Positions 1 through 12,659 of a stretch of DNA of 64,000 nt are shown here, in pieces (within the stretch, counting starts at the first letter, position 1; each line of letters begins with the position of its first letter). The notes under the pieces were generated by a model. The model saw nothing but the letters and a program-made list of their open reading frames with translations. It had not been told where the DNA came from and made no database searches. The position numbers and the translations under genes were made by a program. The stretch is from Octopus sinensis (Eukaryota): positions 108,438,001 through 108,502,000 of the forward strand of contig NC_043002.1 of assembly GCF_006345805.1 (NCBI RefSeq). The letters run 5' to 3'.

Positions 1-314
1 ACTGGCACGGGTGCCAGTCATCGAATTTGGTTTATTTATTTATATTAAGGGCATTACTTCAAGTAAATACCTTATGCTATTAGGGACTCTTAAAGTCAAA
101 ACTACCATAATCTGTTATTAAGGGGTTGGCCTCAAAAGTTGCATTCCCTCGCATTCAGTACACTGTGTATTTATTATGGTAGCATGGCCACAGTCTAATG
201 ACTGAAACAAGGAAAAGACAAATGAGATCTATCACTAAAGGAGCACATTTGAAATTGAGATAATCCAAGAATGGAGCGGAATGAGTGAAGTGACCACTAA
301 GTACTCAAAACCAC

Positions 315-524
315 AAGTTCCACTTGGCTGGACATGCTGCAAGGGCCACAGACAACAGATGGAACCAGGCAGTTGCTGAACAATATCTAAGAGACTGGAA
401 AAGGCCATTTGGAATTCCTTCACAATGACAGGAAGATGATTTGGTCAAGCAATTTGGGTCAAGATGGAAAAGAATGGCACAATCAAGACGGAATTGGAAG
501 TACATTGTGACCAGCAGTGTATGA
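315..524 (+). pseudogene. Decayed 3' end of an RTE-clade LINE ORF
   Basis: Manual translation KFHLAGHAARATDNRWNQAVAEQYLRDWKRPFGIPSQ*QEDDLVKQFGSRWKRMAQSRRNWK resembles the RTE C-terminal pattern (WAGH.AR..DNRW...W.PR..KRP.GRP..RW.DD). One internal stop. Confidence 0.75.
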
Positions 525-1027
525 CATAATCTGATGACCTGGTCAATATTGTGATTTCTCTCTCTCTCTACTCTCACGTGACCTGCTGATCAACTAGCCA
601 TTCTGCTGGTGACCACTGCCGGTTCAACATTGTCTTCATCCGCCGAAAAGGCATTTTTTCAAAACACGCCTGCTAGATAAGTTAAATTTGTCTAAAGTCA
701 TAAGACACCTGCTGTTGTCCTGTTATTACCATTCTTGTTTTTAATTTTATTTTTGTTTTTTGTATTTATATTTGTGTGGCTTCGTCCGTTATTCTGTCCT
801 TGTTTCGTTTACATTCGCTCCTTTTTCCAAGAAATCTAATGCTCGCAGCTTAGTTTTTCATTGGGGCTGGCCATTTCTGAGCAATATCAGAATTAATCAG
901 CCGAAATTTGCTATGATGATCCGGTTCCTGACTGAAGATTAAAGGCTTCGAATGACCCGTCCGTTTTTTTTGTGTCGTCTCTTCGTGTATTTCACGTTCT
1001 TGTCCCTTTTTATATATAATTTTTATA

Positions 1028-1028
<1 letters not shown>

Positions 1029-1108
<80 letters not shown>
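1029..1108. repeat. (TA)n microsatellite
   Basis: Direct inspection. Source of the poly-YI ORFs. Confidence 0.98.
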
Positions 1109-1116
<8 letters not shown>

Positions 1117-1140
1117 ATGTATTGGTATGTATGTATATAG

Positions 1141-1298
1141 GTGCAGGTATGGCTGTGTGGTAAGAAGCTTGCTCACCAACCACATAGTTTTGGGTTCAGT
1201 CCCACTGCATGGCACATTGGGCAAGTGTCTTTTATAGCCACAGACCAACCAAAGCCTTGTGAGTGCATTTCGTAGACAGAAACTGAAAGAAGCCCATC

Positions 1299-1333
<35 letters not shown>

Positions 1334-2591
1334 ATAATTATTTGAGGGAATATAAATCCAAACTTACAGGATTTATATAGCCATGAAACATGTGTCGTTA
1401 TTCTACCAATTATATACGTTTTTATTATTTTTTTTGCAATTTACTTAATCATTGATATTTTATTGTTATTTTAATTTTAATATTTCTAATATATAACAGA
1501 CTGTATATATATATATATATATACTAGCATTAAAGACCCGTCATTGCCGGGTCATAGTGCTAGTGCATGTATATATGTGTATATATATGTGTACATATTA
1601 CATGTACATCTATATATATACTTCTACACATAAAATACAAAATACAAAGTTATATCTTGATATCGCTAGTGATAACAATACTCAAAATATATAACAGACT
1701 GGAATTGTTAGCCCATCTCTTGTAATTTCGATCAATTGTATCTTGTCCTCCCTCTTGTATAGAAGTGTGGCTACAATCCAGCCTACCTGGGGGGTGGGGG
1801 CATTTAAAATTTTTTCCGGGACGTTCTATGTCCCAGATATAAAGGTAAAAATAAAATATTTCCACTTTGCAAGTTCGAGTCGAGTACTCCCTTGCACGCT
1901 CCGTTGACTCGAACCTTGCTTCTATTGTGGCGAATTTACCGCCTCTGATTAGATATCTTTCATAGTTGCACCAAGACACTTTTCAAAGGTGCTTTCCTCC
2001 AGGTGTTCAATCTTTTTTCTCTACATAGTATACTTTATAGACAAGAGTCTTTTCTTTAAAAAATTTAATTTTTTATTATCCATCTGGACTATTCCATTTC
2101 TGCACGCTAATTTTATTTTTAATTTATTCCCATTCATGTGAAACCACTTATTCAAGTTCAAGTCATTGATGCAATCTTATACCAATTGCTATTTTTACTT
2201 TTTTTTTATGTTACGATTATATTATACTTTAGTTTGATTTTAATTATTAGTTACTACATACAATTCAATTGTTATTATTATTTTTATTGTTAAAGTGAAA
2301 GTATCTGACATAAAATAGAGAAATATTTTTGTTTCACTTTTAACACATAATATTGAAATAGTGGAGAAGATATGATATTGCTATGGGCTCGCTCTAGGCA
2401 AGAAGTTGAACATTTTTTTTTGCCCATGAAACTACATGGACCCTAAGTAAGGCATGTGTAAAATTTGAATGAAATTGGTTGTGTAGTTCTCAAGTTTTAG
2501 GGAAACACACAGACAGACAGACAGACACACATTCTCAGTCTTATATATATAAAGATTGTTGTTGATCCATATTTCTCTATTTTCTGTTTAC

Positions 2592-2627
<36 letters not shown>

Positions 2628-2832
2628 TATATGTATGTATTTATGTATTTGTTCCTCCACCATTGCTTGACAACCGATATTGGTGTGTTTATGTCTCCGT
2701 AGCTTAGCGGTTCAGCAAATGAGACAAACAGAATAAGTACTAGGCTTTCAGAGAATAAGTTCTGGGGTTGATTTGTTCGACTAAAGGCAGTGCTCCAGCA
2801 TGACCGCACTCAAATGACTGAAACAAGTAAAA
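1141..2832 (+). mobile_element. tRNA-derived SINE family A copy, split by nested insertions
   Basis: Head GTGCAGG..GGCTGTGTGGTAAG..GGGTTCAGTCCC at 1141-1300. The 3' half (ttgttcctcc..ttagcggttc..gactgaaacaagtaaaag) resumes at about 2645-2832. Same family occurs more than 15 times in the window. Confidence 0.85.
1524..2555 (-). mobile_element. Non-autonomous Helitron
   Basis: Minus strand starts A|TCTTTATATATATAAG followed by a gtctgtctgt tract and ends with hairpin ACCCGgcaatgaCGGGT then CTAG|T. These are canonical Helitron termini in an AT target. Confidence 0.85.
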
Positions 2833-3524
2833 GAATATATACATACATACATACATCATACATCATACATACATACATACATACATACATACATACATAC
2901 ATACACACACACACATACAGACATACATACATACATATATACATACATACATACATACATACATACATTGAGTGAGTAAGGGGGGAGGTAAAGATGAGAG
3001 TATTATTGGTTAGAGAAATGCAAGAGCAGAGAGAGGGAGGTGGGGAATGAGGAAATAGGGAGTGGGGGGAGTTGGAGAAACAAAGAGGGAGAGAGAGAGA
3101 TCTTCAGATTTCTCATAATCATAGAAAAAAAATGAGAAAGAATAACAAATAGAAGGAAAGGTAAAGAATTTGAGGACATTCGATAAAAACATTTGTCCCC
3201 CATGTTTACTATTCGATCAGTGAGTGAGTGAACAAGATGGTTGCTGTGACAGGAAACGGGGTCTCTGTTTGGTATTTAACCCTGAATCAATGTTGACGAA
3301 ACCAGACTAGAATGAAGGGTGATTGCTGCCCCCCCCCCCTTCTTCCATTCCTTAGCCCTGATGTCGTTTCTAGGAAGCAGCAGCATTGGTGGTGGAGAGA
3401 AAAAGAGAGAAAACAGCTTCCTCAGCTTTTTGTTGCCTGCTTTTGCCTGTCATTCCACACTTGCAATACGTTAGGTAAATAGACACCCCACCCCACCCTC
3501 ACTCCGATACCCAACTATTCCTTC

Positions 3525-3915
3525 TCACTCCACCATCCTCACCATCACCACCACCACCACTGCCACAACTACCACTACAACCACTCCCACAACCTCCACA
3601 GCCACAACCACCACCACAACCACCACTACCACCACCACTACAACCACAACCTCCACAACCACAACCACTACCACAACCATCACCACAACCACCACTACAA
3701 CTACCACTATCACACCACTACAACCACAACCTCCACAGCCACCACCACAACCACTCCCACAACCATCACCACAACCACCTCTACAACTACCACTACCACC
3801 ACAACCACCACTACAATCACAATCACAACCACAACCTCCACAGCCACCTCCACAACCTCTACCACAACCACCACCACAACAACTACCACAACAACCGCCA
3901 CCACAACCACCACAT
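3525..3915. repeat. Compound (ACC/ACA/ACT)n trinucleotide repeat
   Basis: Direct inspection. Explains the poly-V ORFs. Confidence 0.95.
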
Positions 3916-4196
3916 GGCTAAATGTCAAAGGCCCTCCAATCACTTAAAACCCATACAAGGCCACCAGTCTTGACAATATAACAGCCATCACCCTCAAACA
4001 ATGTGCCCTACAGCCAGCTCATACCTTTAACAAACATAGCAGACCCTCCCTCTCTCTCGCTCGCCCTCCCTCTCCCCCTCTCTCTTTCACTGTCTGTCTT
4101 TATTGCTGTATATTCTGTTTCTCTGTGTCACACCCTCTCTGTCTCTGCCTATTTTCTCTCTCTCTCTCTTTCACACTCGCTCTGTCTCTCTCTCTC

Positions 4197-4229
<33 letters not shown>

Positions 4230-5037
4230 GGAGTTCCCTTCCTGCTCATGTTTTTCCTGCAAGTATTTAAGAATGAATATTAACAACATTAATATTCTCA
4301 GTCACAGAAAGGGGACAGCTACAAAACCCACGGGCACAGCTCTTCCTGCTCCAGACTAACCAGCAAGGAAAGTATTCCACCTGTAACCAAACCATTTCTT
4401 TAGGGATATCTAGGACTTTATAGGGTGCAGCACAGAAAAAAAAAAGCCCTCTCTTCACCATTCTTGATAAAAGTTTCATCAGTAAACACACAGAATATTT
4501 AATTATAAAAATATATTAGGATTTTTTTAAACATCAAATGGCTATAAGGGGTCTATTGGAGTAAAGTAGAGATCAAAGGGATCTATAGGTAAAAAAGGGG
4601 TTTGAGAACCACTGAGCTACATGAAGACACTGTTGCCATCTGCCTAACTTCACTAGTGGCAGGATGCAGCAGAAGAACTTATGGGATGGTCTTCTGTTGC
4701 AACCTGTAATATCCTTTGTGACCACTATTGTAGCTAGAGTATGTGTTGCCAGGATGGCCCTTCCATTTGCCACCCCTGGACCCCACCAAAAACACATATT
4801 GCCTATAGCAGACCCAAAAGTCCTGCATTTTCAGTAGTTTCTTTTTATAAAATCGGAAGTTATCGCATGCCATATTATTCCAATATAACTTATTCTGGCT
4901 TATAGCCTACAACAAAATGGAAAGTGCCGCCCCTTTAAAAGTGTCGCCCAGGGTGGAATGCCCCTGCTGCCGCCACCCACTAGCTACACTAGTGATTGTG
5001 ACCTTCTTGTTTGATTTGAGGGAGATTTGACTGCTGT

Positions 5038-5308
5038 TTTATATTTAAGAAATGAGGAATCATCTACATTATTTACATTTGACAGATATTTGTCTTCATC
5101 TTGTTTGTTGTTAACACAATGTATTGGCTGATATACCCTCCAGCCTTCATCAGGTGTCTTGGGGAAATTTCGAACCTGGGTTCTCATTCCTAAGGTATTT
5201 TTCGATGTTGTTGTTGTTATTATTATCATTATTATTATTATTCAGGTCACTGCCTGGAATCGAACTCAGAATCTGGAAGTTAGTCGCTCGCTCTCTTAAC
5301 CACTTCGC
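5038..5308 (-). mobile_element. tRNA-headed SINE carrying a hammerhead motif (decayed core)
   Basis: Reverse complement reads tRNA-like head, (TAA)n, gagaacccaggttcgaaatttccccaaGACAC-CTGATGA-aGGCTG..CAGCC-aatac-ATT-GTGTT, then the shared tail. GAAAC is mutated here. Confidence 0.8.
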
Positions 5309-5312
5309 TCAC

Positions 5313-5383
5313 GGGCATATGGTGTAGTGGTTAAGAGTGCGGGCTACTAACCCCAAAATACTGAGTTTGATTCCAGGCAGTGA

Positions 5384-5429
<46 letters not shown>

Positions 5430-5545
5430 TCAGGTTTGAAATTTCCCCAAGACACCTGATGAAGGCTGGAGAGTATATCAGCCGAAATGTTGTGTTAACA
5501 ACAACCAAGATGAGGACAAATATCCGTCAAATGTAAATAATGTAG
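5313..5545 (+). mobile_element. tRNA-headed SINE carrying a hammerhead motif, head-to-head with the previous copy
   Basis: A-box-like TGGTGTAGTGG, B-box-like GTTTGATTCC, (TAA)n, then GACAC CTGATGA A GGCTG..CAGCC GAAAT GTT GTGTT at 5451-5496. Confidence 0.85.
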
Positions 5546-6075
5546 ATTTGACTGCTGTTTCAGCTTTAACAATGAACATAGCTGTTTGGTGTTCCGTAAC
5601 CCAGTGAACAGGCATGAAAGCTCAGACCATGAACAATAGGCTGAAGTAGCCAAAGTCTGTCTGCTTTGAAATATTACACCAGTGATACCTATTGTAACGA
5701 GTGGTGATGCCAGGAATAGCATATTAGTCTCTGATTTCCAGATATACCCCCAGCATGATGACTTCTCTATACTTTAAGGATTGTAGTGATGATGGGGTGC
5801 GGGGGATGGTAGGAAGGTAGGTAATTTAAAAGGGATCATTTCACATGTAAGTGAAAGGATTTTAGCCACAATTGTAATGAAGGCTTGATGCCTGTCTCCT
5901 CTAAATAATAGCTCTATTAACTTTTATACAATTCTTATCAGATTTTCTTTTTTACCTGCTAAAAAATAAAGAAACACCCATCGATATGATTGCAGCCAGA
6001 CATTCAACATTTACACCCAAACACACACCGCTCCCTCTTCCCCCTCTCTCTCTACCCCCCTCTCTCTCTACCCCC

Positions 6076-6109
<34 letters not shown>

Positions 6110-6957
6110 TATCTCTCTCACTCTTGCTTTCTCTCTCCCTCACTCTCTCTCTCTATCTATCTATCTATCTCCTCTCTCTCAAACTTAGTCACAGCAACAC
6201 ACACTCACGCATGCAGTTGTGAGCTAACAAAAATGTTAACAATGACCTTTGCATAAAGTACAAAAAATAATCAACTATGCACTCTTTATAAAACTTCCAG
6301 AATTCAACAAGAAAATATGAACCACTTCATTAAAATATCTCTTAATTAATGTAACACACTCACCGGTGAGTGTGTTACATTACAAGGCACAAAAAGAAAA
6401 TGACTCTCCCCAGACACAACAGAATATGCTTCAACACACGAACTCATATAAAGAATCTTGCAAACCAAATCCAAAAACGAAATATTATTCATAGTATATT
6501 AATTAAGAGATATTATATGAATAATATAATATTTAATTATTGTTCCCCATTTACTGCATTCCCCTCTGTCTCCGTCTCAAACCATCTGTCTTTCTCCTTT
6601 CTTTCCAATCCTCTGACCCTATTCTTTCTTATATTCATCTTCTTGTACCTTGAGGGTTTGCCCTAATAGATCAGCACTAATTTTTATCCCTTTCTAGCTG
6701 AGGCAACCATGTGTTTCCTCTACAGCAAGACACCTGTTTCAGTCTGTCTATCATACTTTAGCCTCTCATCAACTGGCACAAAGCCACCTCCCCCCTATAC
6801 TGCCCCACCCCCTCCATTCAGTTAAGGGGTATTGTCTTGTAAGTTATTTGGTATCCTCACTTGAGCTAGAGCTGTAAAATGGTTGGCATTAGGATAGACA
6901 TCTGGCTGTAAAAACCATGCCAAAGCAGACATTAGAGCTTGACACATTCCTCTAGCT

Positions 6958-7839
6958 CAGGGCTCACCAAACTATGGCTCACAGACCGAATCCGGCCCGC
7001 AAGGTCAATTCATCCAGACCGCTGCCATACTGTATGTTTTGTGTAAGTACCTGCAATGAGAATTCATTTGCTTCTGGTATGACATCAGTATTTGGAACAA
7101 CTTATGTCTGTGAGCAAACATTATTAAAAATGACTGGCACCCGGCAGATGCCAGGACCCCTGGACTGGTGGTATGTAAAAGCACTATCTGAATCGTGGCC
7201 GTTGCCAGCGCCGCCTCGATTGGCTTCCGTGCCGGTGGCACGTAAAATGCACCAATCTGACCGTGGCCGTTGCCAGCCTTGCCTGGCACCTGTGCAGGTG
7301 GCACGTAAAAAGCACCCACTACACTCACGGAGTGGTTGGCGTTAGGAAGGGCATCCAGCTGTAGAAACACTGCCAGGTCAGACTGGAGCCTGGTGCAGCC
7401 TTCTGGCTTCCCAGATCCCCGGTCGAACCGTCCAACCCATGCTAGCATGGAGAACGGACGTTAAACGATGATGATGATGATGATGATGATGAAGTATGTG
7501 AAGTCAGCACATCGAAAGAGATTGACTGATGAATATTTGAAAGCAATTCTCTTTGTTGGATGCAGAAATTCCAAAGCAAATATTAATATCTTAAAAGCTA
7601 GACACCAATTTTGCTGTTTAGTTTGTGAGATTCGGATATGTGCGCGCTGGGTGTAATATAACTATCTTATTGCTAACGTTGCCTCCTTTGATAACTTTTG
7701 AGTTAATAAATATGTTGGTTGTCTTTATTTTTTGTGTATTCACTATTGCATAGAATTGAGCAAAATGGTTCTGCGGCCCCTTGCTCACCATTCTCTCAGT
7801 TATTTGGCCTGCCATGAAAAAAAGCTTGGTGACCCCCTG
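6958..7839. mobile_element. hAT-type MITE with an internal repeat-B insertion
   Basis: TIRs CAGGGCTCACCAA and TTGGTGACCCCCTG. Perfect 8-bp target duplication CTCTAGCT at 6950-6957 and 7840-7847. Confidence 0.85.
7175..7490 (+). mobile_element. Repeat family B (RTE-tail-like SINE segment ending in (GAT)n)
   Basis: Modules tggcacgtaaaaagcac.., then ggagtggttggcgttaggaagggcatccagctgtagaaac..aacccatgctagcatgga..gttaaacgatgatgat. Similar copies near 10295-10680(-), 25860-26110(-), 26251-26570, 38660-38890, 40100-40330, 46690-47005, 48610-49190(-), 57120-57300(-), 58735-58970(-). Confidence 0.8.
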
Positions 7840-7893
7840 CTCTAGCTTGTTGGATCTCTTCAAACTATCCAATCCCTGCCAGCTTGGAAACAG

Positions 7894-7944
<51 letters not shown>

Positions 7945-8152
7945 GTTCAGTAGTTTTATTTTTATAGCGTGCTTTCACTTCACTACCGAGTGCAGCTCTG
8001 TGTGCCTTGGGTATGTGCTGTGATTTGTTGTGATGCTCTGATGGTTATTGTATGGAAAGTGTTCTGCGTAGGATGTGTGCAGTGCCTAGTAGTGCAATTT
8101 TCTGTATGTTATAAGTGTTTGTAAGTCCTGGTGTTTTTGTTATGTATTTTTC
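7945..8152 (-). mobile_element. 5'-truncated Dong/R4-type non-LTR retrotransposon end
   Basis: Encodes ..YNIQKIALLGTAHILRRTLSIQ*, the typical C-terminus after the restriction-like endonuclease domain. Flanked by (TAA)n on both sides. Confidence 0.8.
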
Positions 8153-8591
8153 TATTATTATTATTATTATGATTATGATGATGATGATGATGATGATGGG
8201 GGGGTAAAATTGAGAATATGAGAACACCACTAACGGCTTGCATCAAAGAAATCAGTCAATAAAGGCTCAGCAAGTTAAAAAAAAAAAAACGTTTATTTGC
8301 CCTGAAGATTGTGGAATATAATGTTTCACTGTTTTGGCCCTTTATCTGAAAATAATTTGGGCTAAAACTGGAGTTGAAGGAGTGATTTAGTTGGGGAAGA
8401 GATAAGCAAACATGAAGGGCAATATGATCAAAAATTTGGAGAGGAAGACAGAGACATTCCTTGTACAATTTCAGAGAGAAATAGAGTTAAAGTAACAGAT
8501 TAAGGAATAAATTGGAAAGTAGAGAGGTACAAGATAGTGAAGTGGGGGTGGCAAAACAGCAGAAAGTGGTGAGCATATATAAACGTGTGCA

Positions 8592-8627
<36 letters not shown>

Positions 8628-8683
8628 CATGCATGTGTATGTAAATATATTTTATTTGTGGGTTAACACGGCTACCATTGGTT

Positions 8684-8784
8684 TCATGCTGTGAGGAATC
8701 TTAAGCAATTGTCAAGCCTGCCACATGGGATGATGGTCTTCATCTTGGATGAAAAGAAGATGGTTCCATCACAAGTTTTTTTCT
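8684..8784 (-). CDS. Possible terminal coding exon of an unidentified minus-strand gene
   Basis: Acceptor ctgtttttCTAACcacAG. Only the phase-1 frame stays open past 15 codons (KKTCDGTIFFSSKMKTIIPCGRLDNCLRFLTA*), matching the exit phase of the 16959-17037 exon. No homology recognised. Confidence 0.25.
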
Positions 8785-8915
8785 CTGTGGTTAGAAAAAC
8801 AGGTCATTCAGGCTTGTTTCAATGTTTTTAGTTCTTTATCAGAGATCTGAGTTACTCATTTTTACCTTCAGAGAAAACATTAGCCTCTAGATATACAATT
8901 TTTTTTTTTTTTATT

Positions 8916-9306
8916 TTTTACTTGTTTCAGTCATTTGACTGCGGCCATGCTGGAGCACCGCCTTTAGTCGAGCAAATCGACCCCGGGACTTATTCTTTGT
9001 AAGCCCAGTACTTATTCTATCGGTCTCTTTTGCCGAACCGCTAAGTGACGGGGACGTAAACACACCAGCATCGGTTGTCAAGCAATGCTAGGGACACACA
9101 CACACACAAACAAACACACATACATATATATATACATATATACGACAGGCTTCTTTCAGTTTCCGTCTACCAAATCCACTCACAAGGCATTGGTCGGCCC
9201 GGGGGCTATAGCAGAAGACACTTGCCCAAGATGCCACGCAATGGGACTGAACCCGGAACCATGTGGTTGGTAAGCAAGCTACTTACCACACAGCCACTCC
9301 TGCGCC

Positions 9307-9358
<52 letters not shown>

Positions 9359-9535
9359 TATATACATATATACGACAGGCTTCTTTCAGTTTCCATCTAC
9401 CAAATCCACTCACAAGGCATTGGTCGGCCCGGGGCTATAGCAGAAGACACTTGCCCAAGATGCCACGCAATGGGACTGAACCCGGAACCATGTGGTTGGT
9501 AAGCAAGCTACTTACCACACAGCCACTCCTGCGCC

Positions 9536-9578
<43 letters not shown>

Positions 9579-9747
9579 TACGACAGGCTTCTTTCAGTTT
9601 CCATCTACCAAATCCACTCACAAGGCATTGGTCGGCCCGGGGCTATAGCAGAAGACACTTGCCCAAGATGCCACGCAATGGGACTGAACCCGGAACCATG
9701 TGATTGGTAAGCAAGCTACTTACCACACAGCCACTCCTGCGCCTATG
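8916..9747 (-). mobile_element. SINE family A with its 5' half triplicated in tandem
   Basis: The segment tacgacaggc..ctcctgcgcctat starts at 9141, 9371 and 9579, separated by (TA)n tracts of different length. Confidence 0.9.
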
Positions 9748-9904
9748 TTTAGTATAATGCAAACCAGTTTTTAGTATTGTGGTTCATCATATATTCTTCT
9801 TGAGTTTTTTTACAAGTTAGGAAAGGTACATGTGTAGAAAATGGTTCCGTAAGATTTAAGTTTCTGGATATTTTATTAACCAGCATTGATATACTCTCTT
9901 TACT

Positions 9905-10280
9905 CTTTTACTAGTTTCAGTCATTTGACTGCGGCCATGCTGGAGCACCACCTTTAATCGAGCAACTCGACCCCGGGACTTATTCTTTTGTAAGCCCAGT
10001 ACTTACTCTATCGGTCTCTTTTGCCGAACCGCTAAGTAACGGGGACATAAACACACCAGTATCGGTTGTCAAGCAATGCTGGGGGGACAAACACAGACAC
10101 ACAAACACACACACGCATATATATACATATATACGATGGGCTTCTTTCAGTTTCCGTCTACCAAATCCACTCACAAGGCTTTGGTCGGCCCGAGGCTATA
10201 GTAGAAGACACTTGCCCAACGTGCCATGCAATGGGACTGAACCCGGAACCATGTGGTTGGTAAACAAGCTACTTACCACA
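9905..10280 (-). mobile_element. SINE family A copy
   Basis: Near full-length match to the other copies. Confidence 0.9.
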
Positions 10281-10850
10281 CATTTACAAGTGTCATCATC
10301 ATTTAACATCCATTCTCCATGTTGGCATGAGTTGAACGGCTTGACCAGGCCTGGCACGCTGGAAGGCTGCACCATGGTTTTAGCATGGTTTCTATGGCTG
10401 GATGCCCTTCATAACGCCAACCACTCCGAAAGCGTAATGGGTATTTTTACGTGCCACCAGCATGGGTGCCATTTGTGTGACACCAGTATCTGCCGTGACT
10501 GTGATTTTACTTGGCTTGATGGGTCTTCTTCTCAAGCACAACATAATGTCAAGGTCTCGGTCATTCGTCATTACCTCCATGAAGCCCAACACTTAAAAGG
10601 AGCTGTTCGCATGCCACCGACATCAGCCACTTTGCTTCTGTGAGGCCCAACGCTGGAAAGGAGTTTTTTACATCATCAGCATTGTCCACTGTATCTTTAA
10701 CCCATTGCCTGCCATGAGCCCCATTTGGGGATCTGCTAAAAATAGTCTCACTGCTGGTTGTCCCTTGTATCTAAATTGAATTACTTATGGACATCACATT
10801 TGTAGAGGTGTGTTTAACAATATTTAGTAGTTAAAGTTCGTCATTATTAA

Positions 10851-11432
10851 CCCCTTACCCAACAATTATTTTGAAAATAAATGTATTTTTTCAGACATAT
10901 TTTTTAATTGTTTTATTTTACTATGTTTTGAATGGTGATTTCGAGGTATATTTCAAACCTTATTTATTATGAATTTTAATTCAATAATATTGATTTTAAA
11001 TTACCGCTTTGGGCAGAAACGAGTTAACCCGTTTTTTTCATAAATCATACTTTTACAAAAAATCATGTTATTTTATTTGGTTATCGACATGGTGGGGTTA
11101 TAATATAAAGGTATAAAAATAACAACGTAAAAACAAAGTGAATACTTCTATTCATAAAATGTGCCTTCCAACCCTTCGACTGTCTCCAGGTGACTAAATC
11201 ATACTCGGTCTTCAATGCCTTACTCAAGCGAAAGGTGGCAGAAATCGTCACTACCAGACATATATAAAGTGAGCGAATATACTCGTATATGTCAAAAAAG
11301 AGTTTATAATAGACAAAGGAACTCGTTTGCTGTCGATTTTGGCGAGTCTATCTTTTGACGAGTTAACTCGCCAGAGATAGAAAAAAACGATTTCGGTCAA
11401 AACGCATATATTCGTTTCTGCCGGGTAAGGGG
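10851..11432. mobile_element. piggyBac-like MITE (582 bp)
   Basis: TTAA|CCCCTTACCC ... GGGTAAGGGG|TTAA. Internal palindromic motifs CGAGTTAACTCG and CGAGTTAACCCG. Confidence 0.8.
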
Positions 11433-11623
11433 TTAAAGTTCGTCATTATTAATTCTAAAGGACATTTTATGTCATAAATCGCAATTTTTGAACTACAAAA
11501 ATATTGACTGTTTTGAAAATGGTTTTTTGTTTCGCATTTCCCATCTATTATCGTTCATTGATATTTCACACACATTTGCATTTGATATTATAGTTTTTAA
11601 AAAAAACTAAAATGTTTATTATT

Positions 11624-12018
11624 GCGCAGGAGTGGCTGTGTGGTAAGTAGCTTGTTTACCAATCACATGGTTCTGGGTTCAGTCCCACTGCGTGGCACCT
11701 TGGGTAAGTGTCTTCTACTATAGCCTCGGGCTGACCAAAGCCTTGTGAGTGGATTTGGTAGACGGAAACTGAAAGAAGCCCATTGTATATATGTATGTAT
11801 ATATATATATGCGTGTGTGTGTTTGTCCCTCTAGCATTGCTTGACAACCAATGCTGGTGTGTTTATGTCCCCGTTACTTAGCGGTTCGGCAAAAGAGACC
11901 GATAGAATAAGTACTGGGCTTACAAAAGAATAAGTCCCAGGGTCGAGTTGCTCGATTAAAGGTGGTGCTCCAGCATGGCCGCAGTCAAATGACTGAAACA
12001 AGTAAAAGAGTAAGAGAG
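11624..12018 (+). mobile_element. SINE family A copy
   Basis: Full head-to-tail match. Further copies near 17448-17830(-), 18765-19142(-), 21375-21800(-), 25430-25840(+), 29813-30205(+), 33230-33620(-), 56495-56870(-), 57845-58495(-), 60230-60535(-). Confidence 0.9.
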
Positions 12019-12659
12019 TATCGCAAGTGAATAGAAAAGGATAAATATGCTTTTTTTTTCAGCAATTCCTGACTTTCTGAAAGATTTATCATAATTTCCA
12101 AAATAAGGACTCTTAAGGCTAGAGTAACCAGGTTTCCATGGTGATTAAGTGACTGAGATTATGACCCCCACCCCTAAAAATGAGATGACAGTCTGGAGCA
12201 GGGTTAACTTTCCAGTTATTGCTGGGACTTATTTATAGCTGAGAGAACAGGAGTAACAAAAATTAAGTGGTTTGTTCAAGAACATGATGCACTGCCTGGC
12301 TCAGGAATTGAAACTACAATAGCTAACCCGTGTATGTGACAAAAAAAAAAAAAAAAAACGCTTTAAAGTAGTTTATGATATCTAGAAATAACATTCATTC
12401 ACCATATTTGATATTTGGAATTTAGGGAAGTGTGACAAGTGGATGCATTGAAAAGATTTAAGGTCATATTTTGTGGTTTTTTTCCTCTCAAATGTTATAT
12501 CAGGGTCACCCACCTACATATTACCAAAATATTGTTAGCTACATAACCCAAATTCCTCTCAACTCTATCTCACGCAAGATGATAAATAACCCACAAAAGG
12601 AGACGATAATAAATAAAGCTGATTACTTCAGTTGAATCTGTCAGGTGTAAAGGGGTCTA

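Noticed and set aside
925-965. CTGAAGA..TTCGAAT as another hammerhead
   Set aside because: No GAAA core or convincing stems I-III. At most a decayed PLE end.
1650-1979. 109-aa ORF inside the Helitron as a captured gene
   Set aside because: No recognisable motif or splice signals; the length is compatible with chance in a locally GC-richer stretch.
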